This document shows positions 25,388-36,980 of a stretch of DNA of 64,000 bases, one piece after another. Under the pieces are notes generated by a model that was given only the letters and a program-made list of their open reading frames with translations, was not told where the DNA came from and searched no databases. The stretch spans positions 12,882,846 through 12,946,845 of the forward strand of contig NC_057749.1 of assembly GCF_004010195.1 (NCBI RefSeq). Reading direction: 5' to 3'. Made by a program: the position numbers and the translations under genes. How positions within the stretch are numbered: position 1 is the stretch's first letter; each line of letters opens with the position of its first letter. Source of the stretch: Chiloscyllium plagiosum. Taxonomy: Eukaryota.

Positions 25388-25621
25388 CATCTGCCTGCCT
25401 AACGAAGAACAGGGGGCCCACGCAGTCATTTGGGCTCCGCTGGCGTCTCAGCTAAAAATGTAATCGCACAGACCTGTAAATATGAATGATTACTCTGTTT
25501 CGGATTGCAAAGAAACTGAAGGCTTACATATGTATGGCATATCCAATTGTACAGATCATCAAAGTATTTTATGAATAAAGTATATTTTTAAAATAAAAAA
25601 AATTAAACTTGTGCAGTGAGA

Positions 25622-28600
25622 CCCTGAAGGTCAATGCCAGTAGGAACATTCTCCACCCACCCTCCAGCTTTGCAATCAGAGGAAGCAGAGGGTACCTGAC
25701 GTACGCAGGGCAGCCAAGAGTGTGCCGAACCTGTGGGAGGTCAGGCCACATGGCGGCGGACTGTAAGGTCACTATCTGTCAGAACTGCAAGAAGGAGGGT
25801 CACCCGACCAAGGAATGTAAAGAGGCCAAGAACTGTAATCTGTGTGGGGAGGCGGGCCACGTGTACAAGGCCTGCCCAAGACGAGGGGCCACCACCTACG
25901 CACAGATGGCTGGAAGTGGCAATGCGAGCTGTGGACCTCAAATGGCCAACAAGGTACCACAAACCAGGAGAACGGTGTCTGGGGGCACCCAGAAGGATGG
26001 AGCGGAGAGAGACGGCAGCCAGCGGGGAGGTGCAGCAGCCAATCCAAGCTCCTACAGGACAGATGGAGGAAATGGAGGAGGAACGAACCAAGGAGGCAGA
26101 GGAGTGGATTCCTGTAAAAAGGAGGAAACCTCGCGAGGCCCCCAAAATCACCCAGCAAAGGGGGAAATGACACTTGCATGAGGAGGATACAGGCAGTTCT
26201 TCAGATGGCGAGTACGGGCGTAAGGAGGGTCGTCATCAGTGGAAGAGACAAAGCGCCGCGGGGAAAAAGAAGGGCAGCACCCTCCAGACAGGAAAGGTCG
26301 AACCCTCTGAGGAGACTGGTAAAGACCACCCCCCCACCCAGTGAGAACCAGGAGGTACCTACTGCCCCACAGCTCCAGGTAACTGGGAGCAGCGACCCTC
26401 TGACAGCCCCGCTGTCAGACAGAGAACTGGACTGTGTGGACCCTGGTCCTGACCCAAAGACACCAGAGCAGGGAAATGCCTGCATTGTGGAGCTGGACAG
26501 CTACCTCAGCCCTGACAGTGTGTCCAGCAGTTCGTGTTCCCCACAGGAATGCAGATAGCTATCCCAGAGAGACAGGACCAGCAGCAAATGGACACTGGTA
26601 ACCTCATAAACTGTTAAACTGGGGATAAAAATTGCCAGTATTAATGTGCGTAGTATTAAATCTGCTACGCAATGTGTTTCTATGTTGTCCTTCCTCACCA
26701 ACGTTAAAGCTGATGTCCTGTTTCTGCAGGAGTGTGGGATACCGCACCTAAGCACCTACAGGAGATAGTCAAGCTCGTGGGCCGATGGGCCGTCAGTTTG
26801 GTCAGTGGGCAACGATAGTTGCGCCTCCGGCCTGGGTATCCTGTTGTGAGGAGTCAACTTCACCGTGAATCCCCTGTTTTGAGTCTCCAGCGGACTGGTG
26901 GGAAACAGTAAAAAGGAACATCAAGAGGTTCTTCATCCTCAAAGGTGTTCAGGAAGCGAGAGAGAGGTGGGGAATAATGTCCCAGCTCCAGGAAAGTATG
27001 CAGAACCTGCTCCTGCTGCAGACGATAGGGGTGGATGTCACGGAGGACCTTGAGGAGGTGAAGGGCCAGCAAGCCTCCCTCTTTGCCTCGGAGGCCTCCA
27101 AGATAATCTTCCGGTCCAGGGTCCGCTCGGCGGAGCAGGACGAGACGTGCTCACGTTTTTTCTTCCAGAAGGTGCACAAAGAGAGCTCTGTGCTCAGCAG
27201 CCTGAAGGAAGAAGATGGCTTGGTAACGTCATCTCAGGCTGACGTCATGAGGATCAGTAAATCCTTCTGAAGGGGGAGAGGGAGGAACTCAAAACTTGGA
27301 GACCAATCTCACTGTTGAATGCGGATTACAAAATTCTGTCAAAGGTAATCGCCAACCGGGTCAGGTCTGCTCTGGGGTTGGTGATTCACCCTGACCAAAC
27401 CTGTGCGGGCAGGCAGATCGCTGAGAGTCTCGCACTCCTCTGGGATACGATCGCCTACGTGCAGGACAGAGGGTCGGACACCTGTCTGATCAGCCTGGAC
27501 CAGGAGAAAGCCTTTGACAGGATATCACACATGTATATGAGAGATGTTCTCTCCAAAATGGGTTTTGGGGAGGGAATCTGCAATTGGATCAGCCTGCTCT
27601 ACACCAACATTGTCAGTGCAGTTTCAATCAATGGGTGGGAATCAGATAGCTTCCCAGTCAGATCTGGAGTCAGGCAGGGCTGCCCTCTCTCTCCTGCCTT
27701 GTTTGTGTGCTGCATAGAGCCATTGGCCGAGTCCATCAGAAAGGATGTGAGCCTGAGAGGGGTGACTATTCCTGGCAGCGGGAGCCTGCAGGTTAAGGCC
27801 TCCCTGTACATGGATGACGTCGCCGTTTTCTGCTCGGATCTGCTGTCCGTGCGCAGACTCATGTGCATATGTGACCAGTTCGAACGGGCCTCGGGGGCCA
27901 AGGTAAACAGAAGCAAGAGCGAGGCCATGCTCCTCGGGAACTGGGCTGACCAATCCTCGATCCCCTTCACCGTCAGGACCGACCACCTGAAGGTGCTCGG
28001 TATTTGGTTCGGAGGGGCTGGGACTTGCACCAAGTCTTGGGAGGAGCGGATCAGCAAAGTGAGGCAGAAACTGGGCAGATGGAAGCTATGGTCGCTCTCC
28101 ATCGCGGGAAAAAACCTGGTCATCAAGTGTGAGGCCTTGTCATTGCTATTATGTGTGGCACAGGTCTGGCCTATTCCCAGAACCTGTGCCGCTGCAGTCA
28201 CCCGGGCCATCTTCCAATTTATATGGACATCAAAGATGGACCAGGTCCGAAGGGACTTGATGTATAAAGATCTGGGCAACGGGGGAAAAAATACACCCAA
28301 TGCCACCCTCATCCTGATGGCCACCTTTGTGTGTGGCTGCATCAAGCTGTGCGTGGATCCCCGATACGCAAACACCAAGTGTCACTACGTACTGAGGTTC
28401 TACCTGTCCCCGGTGTTGCGAAGGATGGGCCTCGCTGCCGCGGAACACTCCAAGTAGTTGGACCGTTCCGTATCACCTGTCTTTTGTGGAGAAGTTTATG
28501 AAGAAAAACACCTTTGACCACAAGTCCATCAGGAAGTGGTCAGCACGTAGTGTCCTTGCGACCCTTCAGGAAAAGGAGAGGGCGGATCCTGTCAAGCGGT

Positions 28601-29349
28601 TCCCTGGGCAGACTGTCAAAGTCATTTGGCAGAATGCCTCATCGCCAGAGCTTTCCAACAAGCACCAAGACATGGCTTAGCTGGTGGTGAGAAAGGCTCT
28701 GCCTGTGAGATCCTTTATGTACACCCGGACTCTCAGCCGCACCGCACGCTGCCTTCGAAGCGGCTGTGGAGGGGACAAGACTGTCACACACCTCCTTCTG
28801 GAATGTGCCTACGTAAAGGAAGTCTGGAGAGGAATGCAGTAGTGTTTGTCGAGGTTCATCCCAAGCAGCTCTGTGACGCGGGACTCCATGCTCTACGGCC
28901 TGTTCCCCGGACACACACCGAGACGAACATCAACTGTGCTTGGAGGATCATCAACTCGGTGAAAGACACTCTTTAGTCTGTCCGAACCTGTTGGTCTTCC
29001 AGCTGAAGGAGCTGACCCCGCTTGAGTGTTGTGGACTGGCACATTCCAAGGTCCAGGACTACGTGTTGAGGGACGTGCTGAAGCTTGGAGCAGCTGCCGC
29101 CAAGGCGCGGTGGGGAAAGACCACCGTGTAAGGTCTGCCTGCCAAAGAAGAACAGAGGGCCCGCGCAGTAATCGGGCTCTGCTGACGCCTCAGCTAAATA
29201 TATGGATAGTAAACGTACAGACCTGTATATGAATGATTACTCGATCTCTGTATGTAAAGAAATGCAAGGTACGCCTATGAATGGCATCACCAATTGTACA
29301 GATCATCAAAATATTTTATGAATAAAGCCTATTTTTGAAATTTAAAAAA
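25622..29349 (+). mobile_element. 5'-truncated, internally deleted Tx1-clade element, copy 2
   Basis: Starts within ORF1 (TLKVNASRNILHPPSSF); RT 27315-28457 with YMDD; ORF2 ends WGKTTV* at 29131; AATAAA at 29321; TSD AATT(A/G)AACTTGTGCAGTGAGA at 25601-25621 and 29350-29370. Confidence 0.92.
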
Positions 29350-29829
29350 AATTGAACTTGTGCAGTGAGAAAGAGAACCTGAAATCCAATTAGTTTGGTT
29401 TTCAGGAGTGTGAAAATCTGCAATTTGTCAGTTTAAAGCAGATAATTGTTCATCACCAATGGTTTTTAACTGATTTACTCATCAGTCAGCTGCCGATTCT
29501 AAAGAAAAAGTAAAGATAATATTAACATTTTTAAAAACTAAGTTCATGCAGAGAAAGGGAATTGACCGTGAACAACAACTTGGATCAATCAAACTTTACA
29601 TTACAGACTGCACCTGGATTAATAGGAATCTGAAAACATATCATTTTCATCAATTCAACTCTTGAGCTTTCATTAGTAGTTTGAATCTGGAAGACAGGAA
29701 ATGCAACAAATCAGTTGTAAATGAGATCAATACTTTGCTATAGGAAATATGAAAATATCTGGAAATTTCTATCGACTAGGGAAAAAGTAATAGGACATGG
29801 AAGAGCAAAATAACGTGGATGGTGGAGAT

Positions 29830-29990
29830 TTGAAATAGAAATAGTAAATGCTGCAAATATACAGCAGGATGAGCATCATGCATGGAGAAAAAACAGTAAG
29901 CATTTCTAGTCGAGATGACCTTTCATCATAATTCTGTCTCTCTCCACAGATGCCACCCGACCTGCTGAGTGTTAACAATTTCTGTTTTAA
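29830..29990. mobile_element. Degraded fold-back element
   Basis: aaatgctgcaaatatacagcagg...catggagaaa versus tctctccacagatgccacccgacctgctgagtgttaacaattt; related to 7290-7490. Confidence 0.5.
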
Positions 29991-30076
29991 TGAGAACTGT
30001 ATTGGAATCGTTATCAGAAATAGGAGTGTGATAGACAGAGAATGGGCTATGTGTGAATTGAATAAAACTATATAAA

Positions 30077-33000
30077 AGACCATAAGACATAGGAGCAGAA
30101 ATTAGGCCATTCAGCCCATCATGTAGCTCTGCCATTCAATCGAGCCTGACATTGGTGGTGGGTAAGTTGTTGGAGGGAATCTGAGGGACAGGATTTACAT
30201 GTATTTGGAAAGGCAAGGACTGATTAGAGATAGTCAGCATGGCTTTGTGTATGGGAAATCACATCTCACGAACTTGATTGAGTTTTTTGAAGAGGTAATG
30301 AAGAGGATTAATGAGGGCAGAGCAGTGGACGTGATCTATATGGACTTCATTAAGGCATTTGACAATGCCTTACTGAGACTGGTTAGCAGGTTAGTTCTCA
30401 TGGAATACAGGGAGAACAAGCCATTTGGATAGAGAACTCGAAGGTAGAAGACAGAGGGTGATGGTGGAGGGTTGCTTTTCAGACTGGAGGCCTGTGACCA
30501 GTGGTGTCAGAAGGGTCAGTGCTGGGTCCACTGCTTTTTGTCATTTATATAAATGATTTGGATGTGAACATAGGAGGAACTGTTAGTAAGTTTGCAGATG
30601 ACACCAAAATTGGAAGCATAGTGGACAGCGAAGGTTACATCAGCGTACAATGGGATCTTGATCAGATGGGTCAATGGGCTGAGGAGTGGCAGATGAAGTT
30701 TAATTTAGACAAAGGTGAGATGCTGCATTTTGGAAAAGCAAATCAGAGAAACACTTATACACTTAATGGTAATGTTCTGGGGAGTATTGCTTGAAAGTGG
30801 AGTTGCAGGTAGATAGGATATTGAAGAAGGTGTTTGATATGCTTTCCTTTGTTGGTCAGAGCATCGAGTATAGGAGTTGGGAGGTCATGTTGTGGCTGTA
30901 CAGGATGTTGGTTAGGCCACTTTTGGAATATTGGTTGCAATTCTGATGTCCTTCCTATCAGAAGGATGTTGAGAAACTTGAAAGGGTTCAGAAAAGATTT
31001 ACAAGCATGTTGCCAAGTTTGGAGGATTTAAGCTACAGGGAGAGGCTGAACAGGCTGGAGCTGTTTCCCTGGAGCATCAGAGGCTGAGAGTGAGCGTATA
31101 GAGGTTTATAAAATCATGAGGGGCATGGATAGGATAAATAGACAAGGTCTTTTCCCTGGGGTGAGGGAGTCCAGAACTCGAGGACATATGTTTAGGGTGA
31201 GAGAGGAAAGATATAAAAGGGACTTAAGAGGCAACCTTTTCAGAAGAAGGAGCTGCCAGAGGAAGTGTTGGCGGCTGGTACAATTATAGCATTTAAAAAG
31301 ACATCTCGACGGGTATATGAATAGGAAGGGTTTAGAGGGATAGGGCCAAGTACTGGCAAATAGAACTAGATTAGGTTAGGATATCTGGTCAGCATGGACA
31401 AGTTGGACTGAAGGGTCTGTTTCCATGCTGGACATCTCTATGATTCTCTGATTCTATGGCTGATAAGTATCTCAACCCCATTCTCCCGCTTTCTCCCCAT
31501 AACCCCTGATCCCTTGATACTCAAGACCCTATCTATCTCAGTCTTAAATATACTCAATGACCTGGCCTCCACAGACTTCTGTGGCAATGAATTCCATAGA
31601 TTCACCACTCTTCGGCTGAAGAAGTTTCTCCTTTTCTCCGTTCTAACAGGTCTTCCCTGAGATGATGCCCTTGGGTCCCAGTTTCTCCTACCAACGGAAA
31701 CATCTTCCAACATCTACTCTGTCCAGGCCATTCAGTATTCTGTATGTTTCAATTAGATCCCCCGCCCCCAATCCTTCTAAATACCATCAGGTATAAACCC
31801 AGGGTCCTCAAATGTTCCTCATGTGTTACATTTTTCATTCCTGGGACCATCCTCATCTGAACATGCTCCAGGTTCAGTATATCCTTCCTGAGATATGTAA
31901 ATGTGGCCTGACCAGAGCATTATAGATCCTCAGAAGTACATCCCTATTTTCATATTCAAGTGCACAAAATAAATGCCATCATTGCATTTGCCTTCCTAAC
32001 TGCTGACTCAACCCATAAGTTTACCTTGAGAGAATCCTGGACTAGAACTCCCAAGTCTCTTTGCACTTCAGGCTTCTGAATTTTCTCCCCATTTAGAACA
32101 TAGTCCATGCCTCTATTCTTCCAAGCAAAGTACATGCCCACACATTTCCACATTGTATTTCATCTGCCACTTCTTTGCCCACTCTCCTAAATTGTCTAAA
32201 CCCTTCTGAGGACTCCCTGCCTCCTCAATGCTACCTGTCCCTTTACCAATCTTTGTATCATCTGCAATCTTAGCCAGAATGCCCTCAGTTCCTTCATCCA
32301 GATCGTTAATGTATAAGGTGAAAAGTTGTGGTCCCAACAGTGAGCCTTGCGGATCACCACTTGTCACTGGCTGAGAAGGACCCTTAAATCCCCACTCTCT
32401 GCTTCCTGCCAGACTGCCAAGCTTCTCTCCATGCTAGCACCTTGTCTCTGACACCTTGGGTCCTTATCTTACTCAGCAGCCTCCTGTGCAGCACCTTGTC
32501 AAAGGCCTTCTTGAAGTCCAGGTAGATAACAGCCATTGGCTCTTCCTAGACTAACCTACTCGTTACGTCCTAAAAGAATTCTAGCAGATTTGTCAGGCAT
32601 GACCTCCCCTTAATGAAACCATGCTGACTTTGCCCTTTTTTTATCATATGCCTCCAATTGTTCAGAAACCTCATCCTTCACAATGGATTCCAGGATCTTA
32701 CCCATGACCGAGGTTAAGCTAATTGGCCTGTAATTTTCCATTTTTTGCCTGACTCCCTTTTTAAGCAGAGGCGTCACATTCGTGATCTTCCAGTTCTCTG
32801 GTACCCTTCCTGATTCTAGCCATTCCTGAAAGATCACCATTAACACCTCCACTATATCTTCAGCTATCTCCCTTAGAACTCTGGGATATAGTCCATCTGG
32901 TCCAGGTTATTTATCCACCTTCAGGCCATTCAGTTTTTCTTGCACTTTCTCCTTGCTGATGGCCAGCATTTTGGGATATTACTCGTGTCTTCCTCTATGA

Positions 33001-33372
33001 AGACTGACACAAATTAATTATTCAGTTCCTCAGCCATTTTCTTGTTTCCCCACTTCTATCCCTCCAGCATTATTTTCCAGTGGCCCAATATCCACCTTTG
33101 CCTCTCTTTTGCCCTTTATATATCTAAAGAAACTCTTACAGTCTTCTCTTATATTACTGGCTAGCTTACCTTCATATTTAATCTTCTCCCTCCTTATTTC
33201 TTTTTTTTGTTGTTCTCTGTTGGTCTTAGTAAGCTTCCCAATCCTCTGGTTTCCCACTGCCCTTTGCCACGTTACACTATATACTTTCTCTTTTGCTTTT
33301 ATGCTATTCCTGACTTCCCTCATCAGCCATGGTTGCCTCATCCTCCCTGTACCATGCTTCTTCTTCCTCATA
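30077..33372 (-). mobile_element. CR1 LINE (RT to 3' UTR) with a second CR1 nested in its 3' UTR
   Basis: Minus-strand ENYRPISLTSVMGKILES, GDPQGSLLGPQLFTLYINDLD, KIADDTK and RNFFSRRVVNLWNSLP. The 3' UTR is split between 30077-30143 and ~31458 onward. Confidence 0.88.
30145..31457 (+). mobile_element. CR1 LINE 3' portion, nested
   Basis: SQHGFVYGKSHLTNLIEFF, IYMDFIKAFD, GSVLGPLLFVIYINDLD, KFADDTK; ends in a (ctctatga)-like tail. Confidence 0.9.
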
Positions 33373-34218
33373 AACCTGGTAAATTGACTCTCAAACACTG
33401 AGTCATTCGCTATTACATTGTGATTTTGATGGGAGAAAATCTGGAGATCATACAGAACCTGTTGACTGGCATTTTAGTCTCCAGCACTCAAACCTCATTG
33501 AGATTCACAGAGGAGAGCAGAATATGTCATTTCAAAGTAGGTGGAGACTTTTTCATAAAGTTAATAGGTGTACGAGACTCTTGATGTCAAAACTGAAATA
33601 CCACAGTCAACAAGATTGCGGATTTGGCAGAAAACTGACAGAATCCTAGTCAAAGCACTTTCCCTTCTCCTTATTTCTTGTGCTATAAATATACTTATGT
33701 AGGAGTTGGACAAAATAAACTGCAGGAGCTCAGACTTAACACAGCCTGGCTATGGACCCTAATTACAACTCTTTAATTTCATTCTAAAATTTAGAACTTC
33801 TGTCTTTCCAACTCATCCCGTCTCCAGTTAATTGGATACTGGCATTCCCAGTCTTTGTTTAAATGCTTTGGAACTGTTTTTCTAATGTGCGACTGTGGTC
33901 ATTTTCTGGCAGAAAATAGTGAACTATTTTCTCTTAAACCACAAAGGAATGAAAGCCCCCTCTACTGGCAGAGTGTGGCAACTCAACAAAACCCACCAAC
34001 TAGCAGAAGCATCAATGCTTAAGGAAGTTGTATTTATACACACCCTTTAACGAAATAAAACATCCAAAAGTATTTCACTGCAGCATTATAAAAACAATGA
34101 CACCAAGTCCTAATAGAAAATATTTGACTATTAGACAGTAAGTAGGCTTTGAGGAGCATCTTACACCGTGGGAAAGAGTGGGACGGGTTGGGGGGCAAAG
34201 GTTAGTGATGTTCCAGAG

Positions 34219-35627
34219 TTACAACGGCCCCACTCCCCACCTTTTCCTCTGCTACATTGATGACTGCATCAGCGCCACCTCATGCTCTCGCGAGGAGGTT
34301 GAACAGTTCATCAACTTCACAACACATTTCACCCCAACCTTAAATTCACCTGGACCATCTCTGACAACTCCCTCCCCTTCCTGGATCTCTCCATCTCCAT
34401 CAACGATGACAGACTCAACATTGACATTTTCAAGAAACCCACCGACTCCCACAGTTACCTGGATTACACCTCCTCTCACTCTACCTCCTGCAAAACTGCT
34501 ATCCCGTATTCCCAATTCCTCTGCCTCCGCCGCATCTCCTCCCAAGAGGACCAGTTCCACCACAGAACACACCAGATGGCCTCCTTCTTTAAAGACTGCA
34601 ATTTCCCCTCCCACGTGGTTGAAGCCACCCTCCAACACATATCGTCCACATCCCGCACCTCCGCCCTTGATCCCCACTCCTCCAACCGCAACAAGGACAG
34701 AACCCTCCTAGTCTTCACCTTCCACCCCACCAACCTCTGCATAAATCGTATCATCCGCCGACATTTCTGCCACCTCCCCACCACCAGGGATATATTTCCC
34801 TCCCCACCCTATGTGCAAAGACTGTTCCTCCGTGACTACCTGGTCAGGTCTACGCCCCCCCCAACAACCCACCCTCCCCTCCTGGCACCTTTGCCTACCA
34901 CCACAGGAATTGCAAAACCTGCGCCCACACCTCTCCCGACCTCTGTCCAAGGCCCCAAAGGGGCCTTCCACATCCATCAAAGTTTCACCTGCACTTTCAC
35001 ACGTCATTTATTGTATCCGTTGCTCCCAATGTGGTCTCCTCTACATTGGGGAGACTGGATGACTTCTCACAGAGCGCTTCATGGAAAATCTCTGGGACAC
35101 CCGCAACAATCAACCCCACCGCCCCATGGTCGAACATTTCAACTCCCCCTCCCACTCTGCCGAGGACATGCAGATTCTGGGCTTCTTCCACCACCACTTC
35201 CTCATCACGCGACGCCAGGAGGAAGAACGCCTCATCTTCTGCCTTGGGACCCTTCAACCCCAGGGCATCAATGTGGACTTCACCAGTTTCCTCATTTCCC
35301 CTCCCCCTACCTTACCCCAGTTCCAAACTTCCAGCTCAGCACCATCCTCATGACTTGTTTCGCCTGTCAATCTTCCTTCCCACCTATTCCCTCCACCCTC
35401 CTCTCCGATCCGTCACCTCCATCCACCAATTGCTCTCAGCTACCTCCTCCCAGCTCCACTCCCCTCCCATTTATCTCTTCCCCCCCCCCACCGAGGCTCC
35501 CAGCCTCATTCCTGATGAAAGACTTTTGCCCGAAACATCGATTTTCCTGCTCCTCAGATGCTGCCTGACCTGCTGTACTTTTCCAGCACCACTCTAATCT
35601 CCAGCATCTGCAGCACCCACTTCTGCC
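34219..35627 (+). mobile_element. Penelope-like retroelement (RT C-terminus, GIY-YIG, terminal repeat with hammerhead-like core), 5'-truncated
   Basis: PHLFLCYIDDC (RT), HVIYCIRCSQCGLLYIGETG (GIY-YIG), EHFNSPSHS, LIFCLGTLQPQGIN; CTGATGA...GAAAC at 35512-35540. Inserted in an older LINE remnant. Confidence 0.92.
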
Positions 35628-36203
35628 AAATGATGGATTATTTTCAGAACTTAGCGCCTAGACAACAAAAGGTATGACATTAAATAGTGAAACAATTAGT
35701 CAGGATGCTCAAGAGGCCAGAATTAGAAGAGAACAGATAAATTAGAGGGCTACAATGCTGGAGGAGATGACAGCAATAGGAGCAATTTGGGGCACTACCG
35801 TGTAAAAGCTGAAAAACAGGGAACAGAATTTCGAAATTGAGATATTGCTTAACAAGAGCTGAAATCGATCAGTGAGCACAAGGGTGATTCATGAACAGGA
35901 CTTGGTAAGAGTTACATAAAAGACAACAGAACATTGAGATGTTGACCTTTAGAAGGTAGAAGCAGTACTGAGTTAGAGTCATCAGGTTTGGAGGTAAACT
36001 GCCAAGATAATCGTGTTTCTCTCTCTGCACAACTACTGTTTGACCTATGGAGTGTTTCCATCAATTTCTATTTTTTCTTGCAAGGATAGAATTGCTGTGG
36101 CACTGTATTCAATTTCCCTAATTACAAAGCCAAGTATGCCACATGCATTCTTAAGTGTCTTATTACTGGCTTGAAGATAGGAGACAGAGGATGGTGTTGC
36201 AGG

Positions 36204-36980
36204 TGTTGCACCTAGCACAGTGTGTTTTAACTCTGACAACGGCAAAAGAACTGTGAGTTGACTCTTAATAAAAAAAACCAATAATACTTATTTATTCAAC
36301 ACAATTAATGCTATAACAACAAAATACACTATAAACTAACAATTTACTCTACAAATCTATCTTGTGCTTTAACTTAACTCTGGATCATCATCTACCACCA
36401 CACTAGAACTTTACCAAGCTCCACGTGGCAATGTCATCTAGTCTTGTCCCGATGGTCTCAAGGGTGTCTTCTCTTCTCAGTGGTTTTTCTTGAGTCACCA
36501 TGCTCAGCGTGGTGTTGTGGCAATTCTTATACCTGAAAGTCTTGGCGTCCTTTTGGGAGGGTCTTGACTGTTCACCAACAGATTGATCAGGCTAGATCAC
36601 CCTGATTGATCAGACCAAACCAGGCATTGGCATGTTGATGGCAGGGTGGTCCTTAGGCATCCATTCCTGGAGGTGCTGGGCACATGTAGCCTCCTCCAAA
36701 TAAGGGTGTGAGGCGCCCCCGTGTCTGGTATACGCCTCAATATTTCTGATCACCATGAAGATAACCCAAATTTGGGTGTGTATTGTAGGATCTGCAGCTA
36801 CCAGTTTGTTGCAAACTGTCTGTTGGTAGCTGCAGCCTGTCTGGATTCTGCAGCATGTTGATTAGCACAGTCACTTTGGTTAAGGCAGGTTTCCATTTCC
36901 CAACATGCTTTAGTTGGTGTTCATTTTTCACCAAATCCATCATAAACATTATCATTTTGGGAGGGCCATTCGGCCACACA
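36204..36980 (-). mobile_element. Candidate solo LTR / unclassified insertion within a CR1
   Basis: CR1 sequence agacagaggatggtgttgcagg (to 36203) resumes as aggttgcttttcagg at 36981. The insert starts TG, ends CA, is flanked by AGG and has minus-strand AATAAA near 36290. Confidence 0.5.

Larger units (their letters stand above)
20377..25600 (+). mobile_element. Full-length but inactivated Tx1-clade non-LTR retrotransposon (Keno-like), copy 1
   Basis: U2 head; ORF1 from ATG 20582 with three CCHC knuckles; ORF2 21987-25387 with APE endonuclease, RT and C-terminal zinc finger; AATAAA at 25574 and A-tail; TSD AATTAAACTTGTG at 20364-20376 and 25601-25613. Several stops and frameshifts. Confidence 0.93.
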
